From Candidatus Latescibacterota bacterium (lineage in GTDB: Bacteria; Latescibacterota; UBA2968; UBA8231), in contig CBDCNM010000001.1 in assembly GCA_965219385.1 (NCBI GenBank), forward strand, positions 298,631-362,630: a stretch of DNA of 64,000 nt. The letters are read 5' to 3'. The notes under the pieces were generated by a model. The model had not been told where the DNA came from. It made no database searches and saw only the letters and a list, made by a program, of their open reading frames with translations. The position numbers and the translations under genes are program-made. This document shows, piece after piece, positions 38,727 to 48,233 of this stretch (positions are counted from its first letter, which is position 1; each line of letters opens with the position of its first letter).

Positions 38727-39986
38727 ATGGATCCGACAAAAAACACCGTAACCTGGGCGGATTATTATCCGGAAGTGGCCGAAATATTCGCCCACAATGT
38801 GCTCGACTGGCCCTGTGAGAAAATCGATACCGGGTTCGGGCCCGTGGTGCAGCCCTGCATCGCCCAGGGGCCGCGGCAAGAGATCTACGTCTCGGGCTAC
38901 AGGGGCCACGTATTCCACAGCCTGGACCTGGGCGCGACCTGGTCCTTGCTGTGCCAGGCCCCAGGGCTCAATCCCCCCGTGCCGCCAGGCGGCGAGCTGG
39001 CCTACCTGCAGGTTGAGGGAGGCGTGACCCTGGGAGGGGTTGAAGTGGGGGGGATAGGGGCCACGCGGGAAGGGACCCTGCTGCTGCTGTGGACCATGAG
39101 TTACAAGGATGGACGCGAGGGGCGCGGTGAAGGGGATGAGTCCCATCGCCGGACCACCTGGGTGACCCGTTCGGCGGACCAGGGGAAGACATGGGAGGCC
39201 ACAGCGCCCTTTGAGCACGAACTTTTTCGGATCATCACCGCCAACCAGGGCAACCTGGTCCAGCTGGCGGACGGCCGGATCCTGGCCCATGTGCTGGCCC
39301 GCTCCAGCACCCCTGGGGCACCAAAGACCACGGCCTCATTGCTCTACGCCTCGGACGACGACGGGAGGACCTGGACCCACTTCTCCGATTTTGTGGGCCC
39401 TTCGTCCGAGCCGCACCTGATGGAGGTTGAGCCCGGCCGGATGCTCGCGGCTCTGCGCTACCAGCGCGACAAGCGGCCCGATGACCCGGAAAACCTGGCC
39501 ACCGGGTACGATGCGGAATGGTGGGCGGAATTCGCCCACCATCAAAACCCCTGGGACAAGCCCACGGATACCGGGGTGCGGATCTTCCAGCACACCGCTT
39601 TGAGCGCCAGCCGGGATGGGGGCCGCACCTGGAGCAAACCCAGAGTGGTCACCGGCCTTTTGCAGCAGAGCGCTTCCCTGATCAAGTTGTCCGACGGGAC
39701 CCTGGCCCTGACCTTTGGGCGGCCCGGCCAGCGTTTGATGCTCAGCTACGACGGGGGAGAGACCTGGGCCAAGGTGGCGTACCAGCTGCACGGTGATGGG
39801 GAGTACGCCCGTGCCGTTGGTCTCAAAGACGATACCCTTGTGGCGATTCACGACTTTGGTCATTATATGTGGCACCAAAAAAACGACACCCGTCTCGGCG
39901 TCCTCAGATTCAAGGTGCCTCCGCGCCAGGAGGTGGAAAAACACGGCTTCTTCACCCCGCGCCAGGTCGAGCAAGGATTGCGCTAA
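38727..39986 (+). CDS. BNR/Asp-box repeat (sialidase-like) protein
   Basis: Asp-boxes SLDLGATW, SADQGKTW, SDDDGRTW, SRDGGRTW, SYDGGETW. Confidence 0.8.
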   Translation: MDPTKNTVTWADYYPEVAEIFAHNVLDWPCEKIDTGFGPVVQPCIAQGPRQEIYVSGYRGHVFHSLDLGATWSLLCQAPGLNPPVPPGGELAYLQVEGGVTLGGVEVGGIGATREGTLLLLWTMSYKDGREGRGEGDESHRRTTWVTRSADQGKTWEATAPFEHELFRIITANQGNLVQLADGRILAHVLARSSTPGAPKTTASLLYASDDDGRTWTHFSDFVGPSSEPHLMEVEPGRMLAALRYQRDKRPDDPENLATGYDAEWWAEFAHHQNPWDKPTDTGVRIFQHTALSASRDGGRTWSKPRVVTGLLQQSASLIKLSDGTLALTFGRPGQRLMLSYDGGETWAKVAYQLHGDGEYARAVGLKDDTLVAIHDFGHYMWHQKNDTRLGVLRFKVPPRQEVEKHGFFTPRQVEQGLR

Positions 39987-39999
39987 CCAGGAGAAACCC

Positions 40000-41499
40000 A
40001 TGAACAAGCGAAAATTGCTGTTCTACAACGACTCCCGACATTTCTACATGTACTGCTACGATCCACCCATGCGCCTCGAAGAAGCCTGGGCCCCAATTGA
40101 CGAGATCGCCGGCACCCGGGTGGACACCTTTGTGTATTGCTACGGCGCCGGGCAGACCATGTTCCACAATACCAGGGTGGGCGAGATCTGGGGCGAGCGC
40201 TTCGAGGCGTTCGATGCCCTCTACGCCTACCAGTGCGCCGAAAACATCAAAAGCCTGATCGACCGGGGGCTGGATCCGCTCAACCTGCTCATCGAGCGGG
40301 CCCACCAAAAGGGGCTGGAGTTTTTCTCCAGCCTGCGGCTGATGAGCAGCGGCGATCCCCAAGACCCGGGCAGTGTGTTTGTCTCGCGCTTCAAGATCGA
40401 CCACCCGGAGTGGTGCCAGCACCAAAGCGGAAGGCCCCACTTCGACTTTTCCCACCCGGAGGTGCGGCAAGAACGCTTTGCCCTCATCGAAGAGACCGTC
40501 GGCAACTACGCGGTGGACGGCTTTGAGCTGGACTGGGCCTTCGAGCCGTATTACTTCGAGGACGACGAGGTGGAAGAGAAGACCCCCATCCTCACCGAGT
40601 ACATGGGCGAAATTCGCCGCATGGTCGAGGCGGCGGCCCGGGCGCGGGGCCGGGCCATCGTCCTGGGCGCGCGGGTGCTGCCGACCCTCGAAGGCAATCT
40701 GGGGGTGGGGCTGGACGTGCCGACCTGGTTGCGGGAAGGCTTGCTGGATTTTGTTGTGCCCAACTTCTACGGCTACCACCACCTGGACGCGGATTTTCCC
40801 TTCGAGTGGCTGGTGGAGCTGGCGCGGCCGGTGGGGTGTCAGGTCTACCCGGCGCTGCAGTCCCGCGTCCTGGGTCCGGATCCGGCCCTGGAACACCGGG
40901 TCAGCCCGCCCATGGAGTACCCGGCCAAACCCTGCCACTACTACGCCGGGGCCGCGGCCTACTGGACCCGAGGGGCCGACGGCATCTACCTGCCCTGGTT
41001 CGTTTATCCCCACGGCTCCAATCACCAGCTCCTCTCCGAGATCCACGATCCGGATCTTTTGCGCCCCAAGACCAAGCACTACGCGGTCCGCAGCAGCCAG
41101 GAGGACGCGGCCAGCCTCGGGTACAGCGCGCCCCTGCCGCTGAAGCTAAAAACCGGTCTGGAGGCGCCCGGGCAGATCGTGCCGTTCTTTATCGCGGATG
41201 AGCTGGAGCGGACGAACGTGGTGCTGAAGCTGCGGCTGGGGGGGCCGAGCCCCAAGGATTCCATGACCGTGAGCCTCAACGGCCAGGCCCTGGCGCCGCC
41301 GGTCCGGGTGCAGCCGGTGCGCTACTCGTATGCGTGGCTGGACTATCAGCTGCCCCCGGGTTGGTTGCGGCAGGGGCGCAACGAGCTGGGAGTGGCCATT
41401 CACGCCCGGCCGCCCAGGCTGGCGGCGCCGGTGACGGTAGAGGGGGTCGAGGTGGTGGTGAGGCACGCCCAGCCCATGCCGGATGTGGCGGAGGTCTAG
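40000..41499 (+). CDS. Putative glycoside-hydrolase-like (GHL10-like) protein
   Basis: LLFYNDSRH, FDFSHPEVR, VDGFELDW, GADGIYL; same motif pattern as 11591-13225. Confidence 0.6.
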   Translation: MNKRKLLFYNDSRHFYMYCYDPPMRLEEAWAPIDEIAGTRVDTFVYCYGAGQTMFHNTRVGEIWGERFEAFDALYAYQCAENIKSLIDRGLDPLNLLIERAHQKGLEFFSSLRLMSSGDPQDPGSVFVSRFKIDHPEWCQHQSGRPHFDFSHPEVRQERFALIEETVGNYAVDGFELDWAFEPYYFEDDEVEEKTPILTEYMGEIRRMVEAAARARGRAIVLGARVLPTLEGNLGVGLDVPTWLREGLLDFVVPNFYGYHHLDADFPFEWLVELARPVGCQVYPALQSRVLGPDPALEHRVSPPMEYPAKPCHYYAGAAAYWTRGADGIYLPWFVYPHGSNHQLLSEIHDPDLLRPKTKHYAVRSSQEDAASLGYSAPLPLKLKTGLEAPGQIVPFFIADELERTNVVLKLRLGGPSPKDSMTVSLNGQALAPPVRVQPVRYSYAWLDYQLPPGWLRQGRNELGVAIHARPPRLAAPVTVEGVEVVVRHAQPMPDVAEV

Positions 41500-41529
41500 C
41501 CCGCCGCCGTATTGCGATGGAACCTGTAG

Positions 41530-43707
41530 ATGATTGAAAACCACCCCTCCGAAGCGCCAGCGCGGGCTTTGTACGGCTGGGCCGAGATCGACCCGGCCGG
41601 CCCGGTGGTGGCCGGCCAGGTGGGGACCTGGCGGATCACCTACCACGTCGGGCGCTACGGGGTGGACGACGGCGGCGCCGTCAAAATCGCCTGGCGGGAT
41701 GTCAGCGATTGGGCCGCACCGCAGTTTGAAGATCCCGCCGCCCCGGACTACGCCGTGGTTGCCACCACCGGGCCGGCTATCCTGCGGGCCACCTTCGAAA
41801 AACAGCGCTACGTGCGGCCCTGGCGCCTGTGCGTCACCATCGACGTATTCGACGACTCGCTCGCGGAAGGGGACGCGGTCTTCCTGACCCTGGGGGAAAG
41901 AGCCGGCGGGAGTCCGGGCAGCCGGGCCCAGACCTTCTGCAAGGAGGCCTTTGAGTTCAGGGTGGCGGTGGACTGGTGCGGCACCTGGGTCTACACCGAG
42001 GTGCCCTCGCCGCGCTTTCCGGTCGTCAGCGGTCCACCCCATCGACTCGTGGCGCTGGGGCCGTCGGAGGCGGTGTCCGGGGAAGAAATCTGGCTGGGGG
42101 TCAAGGCCGAGGATGTGTGGGGCAATCCCTGCACCGGCTACAAAGGCCAGGTAGGGATCGATGCAGGGGGGCTGGAGGGGGCGCCGCGGACCTACCGGTT
42201 TGCGGCCGAGGATGGCGGGGTGCGGCGGTTCGAGGGGATAAGGGCCCCTCGGGAGGGGGGGTACCGGGTGCGGGTCGAAGATAGGGAGAGAGGGCTGGAA
42301 GCAGAGACCAATCCCATCCGCTGTGTTGCGGCGCCCGGCGCCCACCGGCCCTTCTGGGGGGATCTGCACGGACAGAGCGAGGAGACCGTGGGGACCAATC
42401 CGGTCTCCTCCTATTTTCGCTTTGCCCGGGAGGTGGCCCTGCTCGACTTTGCCGGCCATCAGGGCAATGATTTCCAGATTACTCAAAAGGTCTGGTCCGA
42501 GATACGCCGGCAGGCCAATCGCATCAACCAGGCGGGTCGATTCGTTGCCTTTGTAGGCTACGAGTGGTCCGGGAATACGCCCCTGGGGGGCGACCACAAT
42601 GTATACTATCTCGGCGATGATGGCCCGCTGCACCGTTCCAGCCATGTGCTGGTTCCGGACAAGGGCGACGTGGATACCGATTGCCCCCACGTGCAGGACC
42701 TGTACGCGGCCCTGAAGGACCAGGACGCCTTGCTGGTGCCCCACGTGGGGGGACGCTATGCCAATCTGGAGTGGCACGACCCGAAGCTGGAACCGGTGAT
42801 CGAGGTCTATTCCGAGTGGGGGGAGTTCGAGTGGTTTTTGCGCCAGGCCCTGGAAAAAGGCTATCAGGTGGGGTTTACCGCGGGCAGCGACGATCACAAG
42901 GGGCGGCTCGGGGCGGCGCATCCGGGCAGCGGGTCCTTCGGGGTGTACGGGGGGCTGACCTGTATCTGGGCCCGGGAGCTGACGCGGCAGGGGCTCTGGG
43001 AAGCCCTCAAGGCCCGCCGCTGTTACGGCACCACGGGGCAGCGCATCCTGCTGGAGGTGGAAGTGGACGGCCATCCCATGGGCTCGAAGTACCAGGCTGC
43101 AGGGCCACCGGAGGTGGCCGTGCGGGTCATGGGCACGGCCCCGATCGAGCAGGTGGAGGTGTTCCGGGGGGTGGAGCCGGTCTACCGCTTTCCGGAGAAA
43201 ATCGAGCGGGATGCAAAAAAGCTGCGGGTGGCGTGGTCGGGTCAGCGGATCCGGGCGCGCCAACGGCTGGTGCGGTGGGATGGCGCCCTGGAGATCGACC
43301 GGGGGCGGATCGTGGAGGCCACAGGCTACGCCTTTGATTCTCCGGCCGAGGGCATCCGGGAGGCGACGGCGCGGAGGGTGTCCTGGAAGTCGGTGACCAC
43401 TGGAGATGCCGACGGCGTGGTCTTGCAAGTGGAGGCGCCCCCTGAGACCATGCTTCGCTTTGAGACGGGAGTGGTGCACACCGCCCATGCGCTGCGGGAA
43501 ATCGCCGCCGGGCCGATTGAGGTGGACGCCGGAGGGATCGATATGAAAGTGGTGTTCGAGCAGGCGCCGCAGGGCATTGGACGGGAGGTAGAATTCACCT
43601 TTAACGGAGATCATCCGCCGCCGGGGTGCCACCCCTACTGGGTGCGGGTGGTGCAAACGGATGGGGCCAAGGCCTGGGCAAGTCCGGTCTACGTCATCGC
43701 GGGGTAG
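41530..43707 (+). CDS. DUF3604/PHP-like metal-dependent hydrolase
   Basis: FWGDLHGQS, GYEWS, GDHNV, IEVYSEWG, GFTAGSDDH, CYGTTG, AWASPV. Confidence 0.75.
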   Translation: MIENHPSEAPARALYGWAEIDPAGPVVAGQVGTWRITYHVGRYGVDDGGAVKIAWRDVSDWAAPQFEDPAAPDYAVVATTGPAILRATFEKQRYVRPWRLCVTIDVFDDSLAEGDAVFLTLGERAGGSPGSRAQTFCKEAFEFRVAVDWCGTWVYTEVPSPRFPVVSGPPHRLVALGPSEAVSGEEIWLGVKAEDVWGNPCTGYKGQVGIDAGGLEGAPRTYRFAAEDGGVRRFEGIRAPREGGYRVRVEDRERGLEAETNPIRCVAAPGAHRPFWGDLHGQSEETVGTNPVSSYFRFAREVALLDFAGHQGNDFQITQKVWSEIRRQANRINQAGRFVAFVGYEWSGNTPLGGDHNVYYLGDDGPLHRSSHVLVPDKGDVDTDCPHVQDLYAALKDQDALLVPHVGGRYANLEWHDPKLEPVIEVYSEWGEFEWFLRQALEKGYQVGFTAGSDDHKGRLGAAHPGSGSFGVYGGLTCIWARELTRQGLWEALKARRCYGTTGQRILLEVEVDGHPMGSKYQAAGPPEVAVRVMGTAPIEQVEVFRGVEPVYRFPEKIERDAKKLRVAWSGQRIRARQRLVRWDGALEIDRGRIVEATGYAFDSPAEGIREATARRVSWKSVTTGDADGVVLQVEAPPETMLRFETGVVHTAHALREIAAGPIEVDAGGIDMKVVFEQAPQGIGREVEFTFNGDHPPPGCHPYWVRVVQTDGAKAWASPVYVIAG

Positions 43708-43736
43708 GCGGTTGCGGCGGCGCACAGGAGACAACC

Positions 43737-44741
43737 ATGGAAATCGGTACGACCCTGACCCGGTTCATCATCGAGGAACAACGCAACTACCCGGAAGCCA
43801 CCGGCGATTTTACCGGCCTTTTGATCGAGCTGACCAAGGCCGGCAAAATCATTGCGCGCGAAGTAAACAAAGCCGGTCTGGCAGAGACCATGGGACTTAC
43901 CGGCCATACCAATCTACACGGCGAGGCCGTGCAGAAGCTGGACGAATACGCCAACGCCACCATCATCAAGTCCACCAATCACACCGGACATTTGGCCGGG
44001 ATGGGCTCCGAAGAGATGGAGGAGATCTATCAGGTATCCGATCGCCATCCCCGGGGCGAATACATCCTCCTGTTCGATCCGGTCGACGGTTCCTCCAACA
44101 TCGATGTGAACGTCAGTATCGGGACGATTTTTTCCATGTACCGGAGGAAGAGCGCGGCCGGCGGGGCGGAGCTGGAAGACTTTCTCCGCCAGGGCCGGGA
44201 ACAGGTATGCGCCGGCTACCTCATCTACGGCTCGAGCACCATGCTGGTCTACACCACCGGACGCGGGGTCCACGGCTTTACCCTGGATCCGACCATCGGC
44301 GAATTTCTGCTCTCCCACGAGGATATCGCCATTCCGCCCCGGGGCAAGACCTACAGCGCCAACGAGAGTTATTACAACAGGTGGGCCCCGGGAGTGCGGC
44401 ACTACGTGGACTATCTCAAAGAAGAGGATGAGGAGACCGGGCGGCCCTATTCGGCCCGCTATATCGGGTCTTTGGTCGCCGATTTTCACCGCAACCTGCT
44501 GAAGGGCGGGATATTCCTTTATCCAGGGAAGGTGAAATCCCCCCAGGGTAAACTGCGGCTCATGTACGAGGCGGCCCCTCTGGCCTTTGTGGTCCAGCAG
44601 GCGGGCGGGGCGGCGTCCACCGGCAGCCAGGATATTCTCGACATCCAGGCCGAGGCGTTGCATCAGCGGGTGCCGCTGGTCATCGGCAGCGCCGACGACG
44701 TGCGGGAAGCCGAGGCCTTCATACAGGGGAAAAGGAGTTGA
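43737..44741 (+). CDS. fbp: Class 1 fructose-1,6-bisphosphatase
   Basis: VQKLDEYAN, FDPVDGSSNIDVNVSIGTIF, RYIGSLVADFHR, GKLRLMYE. Confidence 0.95.
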   Translation: MEIGTTLTRFIIEEQRNYPEATGDFTGLLIELTKAGKIIAREVNKAGLAETMGLTGHTNLHGEAVQKLDEYANATIIKSTNHTGHLAGMGSEEMEEIYQVSDRHPRGEYILLFDPVDGSSNIDVNVSIGTIFSMYRRKSAAGGAELEDFLRQGREQVCAGYLIYGSSTMLVYTTGRGVHGFTLDPTIGEFLLSHEDIAIPPRGKTYSANESYYNRWAPGVRHYVDYLKEEDEETGRPYSARYIGSLVADFHRNLLKGGIFLYPGKVKSPQGKLRLMYEAAPLAFVVQQAGGAASTGSQDILDIQAEALHQRVPLVIGSADDVREAEAFIQGKRS

Positions 44742-44745
44742 AGAG

Positions 44746-46188
44746 ATGATCGACCAGAAGATGGAAAACTACTTTGCCGATTGGGCCAAGCGGGAGGAGG
44801 TGGCCGAATCCATGGTCCCGCTCATCGGCAAACTCTACCGGGATCACGGCGTGGTCACCATGATCTACGGCCGCTCCCTGGTACACAACTCCACGATTGA
44901 CATCCTCAAGGCCCATCGCTTTGCCCGCCAGGTGCTCAAGGACGAACTCTCCGTGTTTTCGAGCTTTGTGATCCTCCAGGCCCTGTCCCGGCTGGACCTG
45001 GCCCCGACGCGGATAGATATCGGAAAGTTGACTACCAGGTTCCACCGAAGTAAAGCGAACATGGATGTGGACGCCTTTGTGCGCCGGGAACTGGCTGAGA
45101 TCAATGGCGGGAAGACCCTGCTGGACAAGCCGCAGGACGTGGTGCTCTACGGCTTTGGCCGGATCGGGCGCATCCTGGCGCGGATCCTGATCGAACGCAG
45201 CGGCGGGGGCGATAAGTGGCGGCTGCGGGCCGTGGTGGTGCGCACGGACCTGGAGGGCGACCTGGTGAAACGGGCCAGTCTGCTGCGGCGAGACTCCATT
45301 CACGGACCCTTCAAGGGGACCATTGTCATGGACCGGGAAAAAAACGCCATCGTCGCCAATGGCAACATGATTCGCGTCCTCTACTCGGATACCCCGGAAG
45401 GCATGGATTACAGCGCCTACGGCATCGAAAACGCCATTGTGCTGGACAACACCGGCGTCTGGCGGGATCGCGAGGATCTCGAACGCCACCTCCAGGCCCC
45501 AGGGGTCTCCAAGGTCGTCCTGACCGCACCCGGCAAGGGCGATGTCCCCAATATAGTCTACGGGATCAACAACGATTGCATTATGGAGGAAGAGCGGATC
45601 CTCTCCGCCGGCAGCTGTACCACCAATGCTATTGTGCCGGTGATCAAGGTCGTGCACGACCGCTACGGCATCGCCAGCGGCCACATCGAGACCTGCCATT
45701 CCTACACCAACGACCAGAATCTCATCGACAACTATCACAAGAACGACCGGCGGGGCCGCGGGGCGCCGCTGAACATGGTCATAACCGACACCGGGGCGGC
45801 CAGCGCCGTGGCCAAGGTCCTGCCGGAATTAAAAGGCAAGCTCACGGCCAATGCCATTCGCGTGCCCACCCCCAATGTCTCCCTCGCCATTTTGAACCTG
45901 ACCCTGGAACGGGAAGTCAGCGTAGAGGAGATAAACACCTACCTGCGGGATATCTCCCTCGATGTGCCCCTGGGGGGCCAGATCGATTACATTAGTTCGC
46001 CCGAGGTGGTATCCAGCGACTTCGTCGGCAATGAAAGAAGCGGCATCGTCGACTCAGGGGCGACCATTACCCAGGGCAAGCGCTGCGTTCTGTACGTATG
46101 GTACGACAACGAGTACGGCTACAGCGCCCAGGTGATCCGCATCCTGCAGCACGTATCCGGTCTCGAACTGCCCTATTTTCCCAAGTGA
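44746..46188 (+). CDS. gap: Glyceraldehyde-3-phosphate dehydrogenase, long N-terminally extended type
   Basis: YGFGRIGR, SCTTN catalytic motif, TGAASAV, RVPTPNVS, WYDNEYGYS. Confidence 0.93.
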   Translation: MIDQKMENYFADWAKREEVAESMVPLIGKLYRDHGVVTMIYGRSLVHNSTIDILKAHRFARQVLKDELSVFSSFVILQALSRLDLAPTRIDIGKLTTRFHRSKANMDVDAFVRRELAEINGGKTLLDKPQDVVLYGFGRIGRILARILIERSGGGDKWRLRAVVVRTDLEGDLVKRASLLRRDSIHGPFKGTIVMDREKNAIVANGNMIRVLYSDTPEGMDYSAYGIENAIVLDNTGVWRDREDLERHLQAPGVSKVVLTAPGKGDVPNIVYGINNDCIMEEERILSAGSCTTNAIVPVIKVVHDRYGIASGHIETCHSYTNDQNLIDNYHKNDRRGRGAPLNMVITDTGAASAVAKVLPELKGKLTANAIRVPTPNVSLAILNLTLEREVSVEEINTYLRDISLDVPLGGQIDYISSPEVVSSDFVGNERSGIVDSGATITQGKRCVLYVWYDNEYGYSAQVIRILQHVSGLELPYFPK

Positions 46189-46281
46189 TGGCCCCCAATG
46201 ATTGAAATCGATCCGGTCGCCCTGACCTCGGCGGCCGACGAAATGGCCCTGTAGCTTCATACCCTTAAGGAGGATGAGAAA

Positions 46282-48174
46282 ATGCCGGAAACCAGCAGTC
46301 GGGAAACCGTCCCTCTGACCATGGCCCAGGCCCTGGTAAAGTACCTGCAGGTCCAGCACAGCGAACGCGACGGCCAGCGCCGCCGTCTGATCGCCGGAGT
46401 ATTCGGCATCTTCGGCCACGGCAATGTGGCCGGATTGGGCCAGGCCCTGTACGAATACGGCCGGGATTTGCCCTACTACCAACCCTGCAACGAGCAGTCC
46501 ATGGTCCACACTGCGTCCGGGTACGCCAAGGCGAATTTGCGCCTGGCCACCATGGCCTGCACCTCGTCCATCGGCCCGGGAGCCACCAACATGGTCACCG
46601 GGGCGGCCACCGCGACCATCAACCGGTTGCCGGTGCTGCTGCTGCCCTCCGACTACTATGCCACCCGCTACCAGGGGCCGGTGTTGCAGCAGCTGGAGCA
46701 CCCGGTTTCGGCGGATGTGAGCGTCAACGATTGTTTCCGCCCGGTTAGCCGCTTCTTCGACCGCATCACCCGCCCCGAGCAGCTGCTCACCGCCCTGCCC
46801 GAAGCCATGCGGGTCCTGCTGGATCCGGCCGATACCGGGGCGGTGACCCTGTCCCTGCCCCAGGATGTCCAGGCGCACGCCTACGACTACCCGGTCTCCT
46901 TCTTCGAGGAGCGCACCTGGCAGGTCGAACGCCGGCTGCCGGACCCGCGGCGCATCGACCAGGCCGTGGCCCTGCTCCAACAGGCGAAGAGACCGGTGAT
47001 CATTGCCGGCGGCGGGGTGCACTACTCGGCGGCCTGGGACGAGTTGGAGACCCTCTCCGGACAGTGCGGCATCCCGGTGGGCGAGACCTTTGCCGGCAAG
47101 GGCGCCATGCGCAACGAGTCCACCCTGGTGCTGGGCGGGCACGGCGTCACCGGCACACCGGTGGCGGGCAAGATCGCGGCGCAGGCCGATCTGGTGATTT
47201 GCGTCGGCACCCGGTTGACGGATTTCGCCACCGGTTCCCAGGCGATGTTTCAACACCCGGGGGTGAAATTCATCAATATCAACGTGAACAACCACGATGC
47301 CTACAAGCAGGGCGCCCTGCCGGTCGCGGCCGATGCCCGCGAGACCCTGCGCGTCCTGGCCTCGGCGGCCGGGGCCGCGGGTATAACACCGCAGGCGGAT
47401 TATCTGCAAGAGATCGAGAGGTTGAAGCAGGAGTGGACAGGGCAACTGGACAAAGAGGTCTACCGCCAGATCCCCGGCGAAGCCATGAGCCAGGGGCAGC
47501 TGATCGAGGTGATGAACGCAGAAGCGCGGGCGGGCGATTCAATCATTGCGGCGGCCGGCGGACCTCCCGGGGATTTGCTCAAGCTGTGGGACGCCAGCCG
47601 CGGCCGGGCCTGCCGGCTCGAATTCGGCTTTTCCTGCATGGGCTGGGAGTTGCCGGCCGGTCTGGGGGTGCGCCTGGCCCAGCCCGAGGGCGAGGTCGTG
47701 GTCTACATCGGCGACGGCACCTACCTGATGAATCCCATGGAGCTGGTCACGGCCATACAGGAAGGCCTCAAGGTCACGGTGGTGGTGGCCAACAACCACG
47801 GCTACCAGGTGATCCGGCAGCTGCAGATGGGGCGAGCCGGCCACAGCTTCGGCAACGAATTCCGGGCCCGCGACCAGACCACGGATCGGCTCGAGGGCGA
47901 CTACCTGGAAATCGACTTTGCCGACAATGCGAGGAGCATGGGGGCCCGGACCTGGAATGTAAGCACCCCCGACGAGTTGCGCAGCGCCCTGCGCGAGGCC
48001 CGCGATGAGGAGGATTCCTGCGTGATCGTCGTGGAGGTCGAGAAGCACCGCTACGCGCCCGGAGCGGGGGTGTGGTGGGATATAGCGGCCGCTGAAACCA
48101 GCAACGACCCGCAGACCCGCAAGTTGCGGGAGGAATACGAAGAGGACCAGCAGAAACAGCGGTTCTACTATTGA
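46282..48174 (+). CDS. iolD: 3D-(3,5/4)-trihydroxycyclohexane-1,2-dione acylhydrolase (TPP enzyme)
   Basis: LTMAQAL, GIFGHGNVAGLG, TSSIGPGATNMVT, EFGFSCMGWE, GDGTYLM. Confidence 0.9.
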   Translation: MPETSSRETVPLTMAQALVKYLQVQHSERDGQRRRLIAGVFGIFGHGNVAGLGQALYEYGRDLPYYQPCNEQSMVHTASGYAKANLRLATMACTSSIGPGATNMVTGAATATINRLPVLLLPSDYYATRYQGPVLQQLEHPVSADVSVNDCFRPVSRFFDRITRPEQLLTALPEAMRVLLDPADTGAVTLSLPQDVQAHAYDYPVSFFEERTWQVERRLPDPRRIDQAVALLQQAKRPVIIAGGGVHYSAAWDELETLSGQCGIPVGETFAGKGAMRNESTLVLGGHGVTGTPVAGKIAAQADLVICVGTRLTDFATGSQAMFQHPGVKFININVNNHDAYKQGALPVAADARETLRVLASAAGAAGITPQADYLQEIERLKQEWTGQLDKEVYRQIPGEAMSQGQLIEVMNAEARAGDSIIAAAGGPPGDLLKLWDASRGRACRLEFGFSCMGWELPAGLGVRLAQPEGEVVVYIGDGTYLMNPMELVTAIQEGLKVTVVVANNHGYQVIRQLQMGRAGHSFGNEFRARDQTTDRLEGDYLEIDFADNARSMGARTWNVSTPDELRSALREARDEEDSCVIVVEVEKHRYAPGAGVWWDIAAAETSNDPQTRKLREEYEEDQQKQRFYY

Positions 48175-48233
48175 TACCCATCTATTGATACCCTCGGCGC
48201 GGCGCGCTCGAGGACCTGGAAGGGGGGCTGAGG

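Noticed and set aside
48167..48193. Short tandem duplication ctattgataccc at the iolD stop
   Set aside because: Only 12 bp with no associated element; likely local slippage
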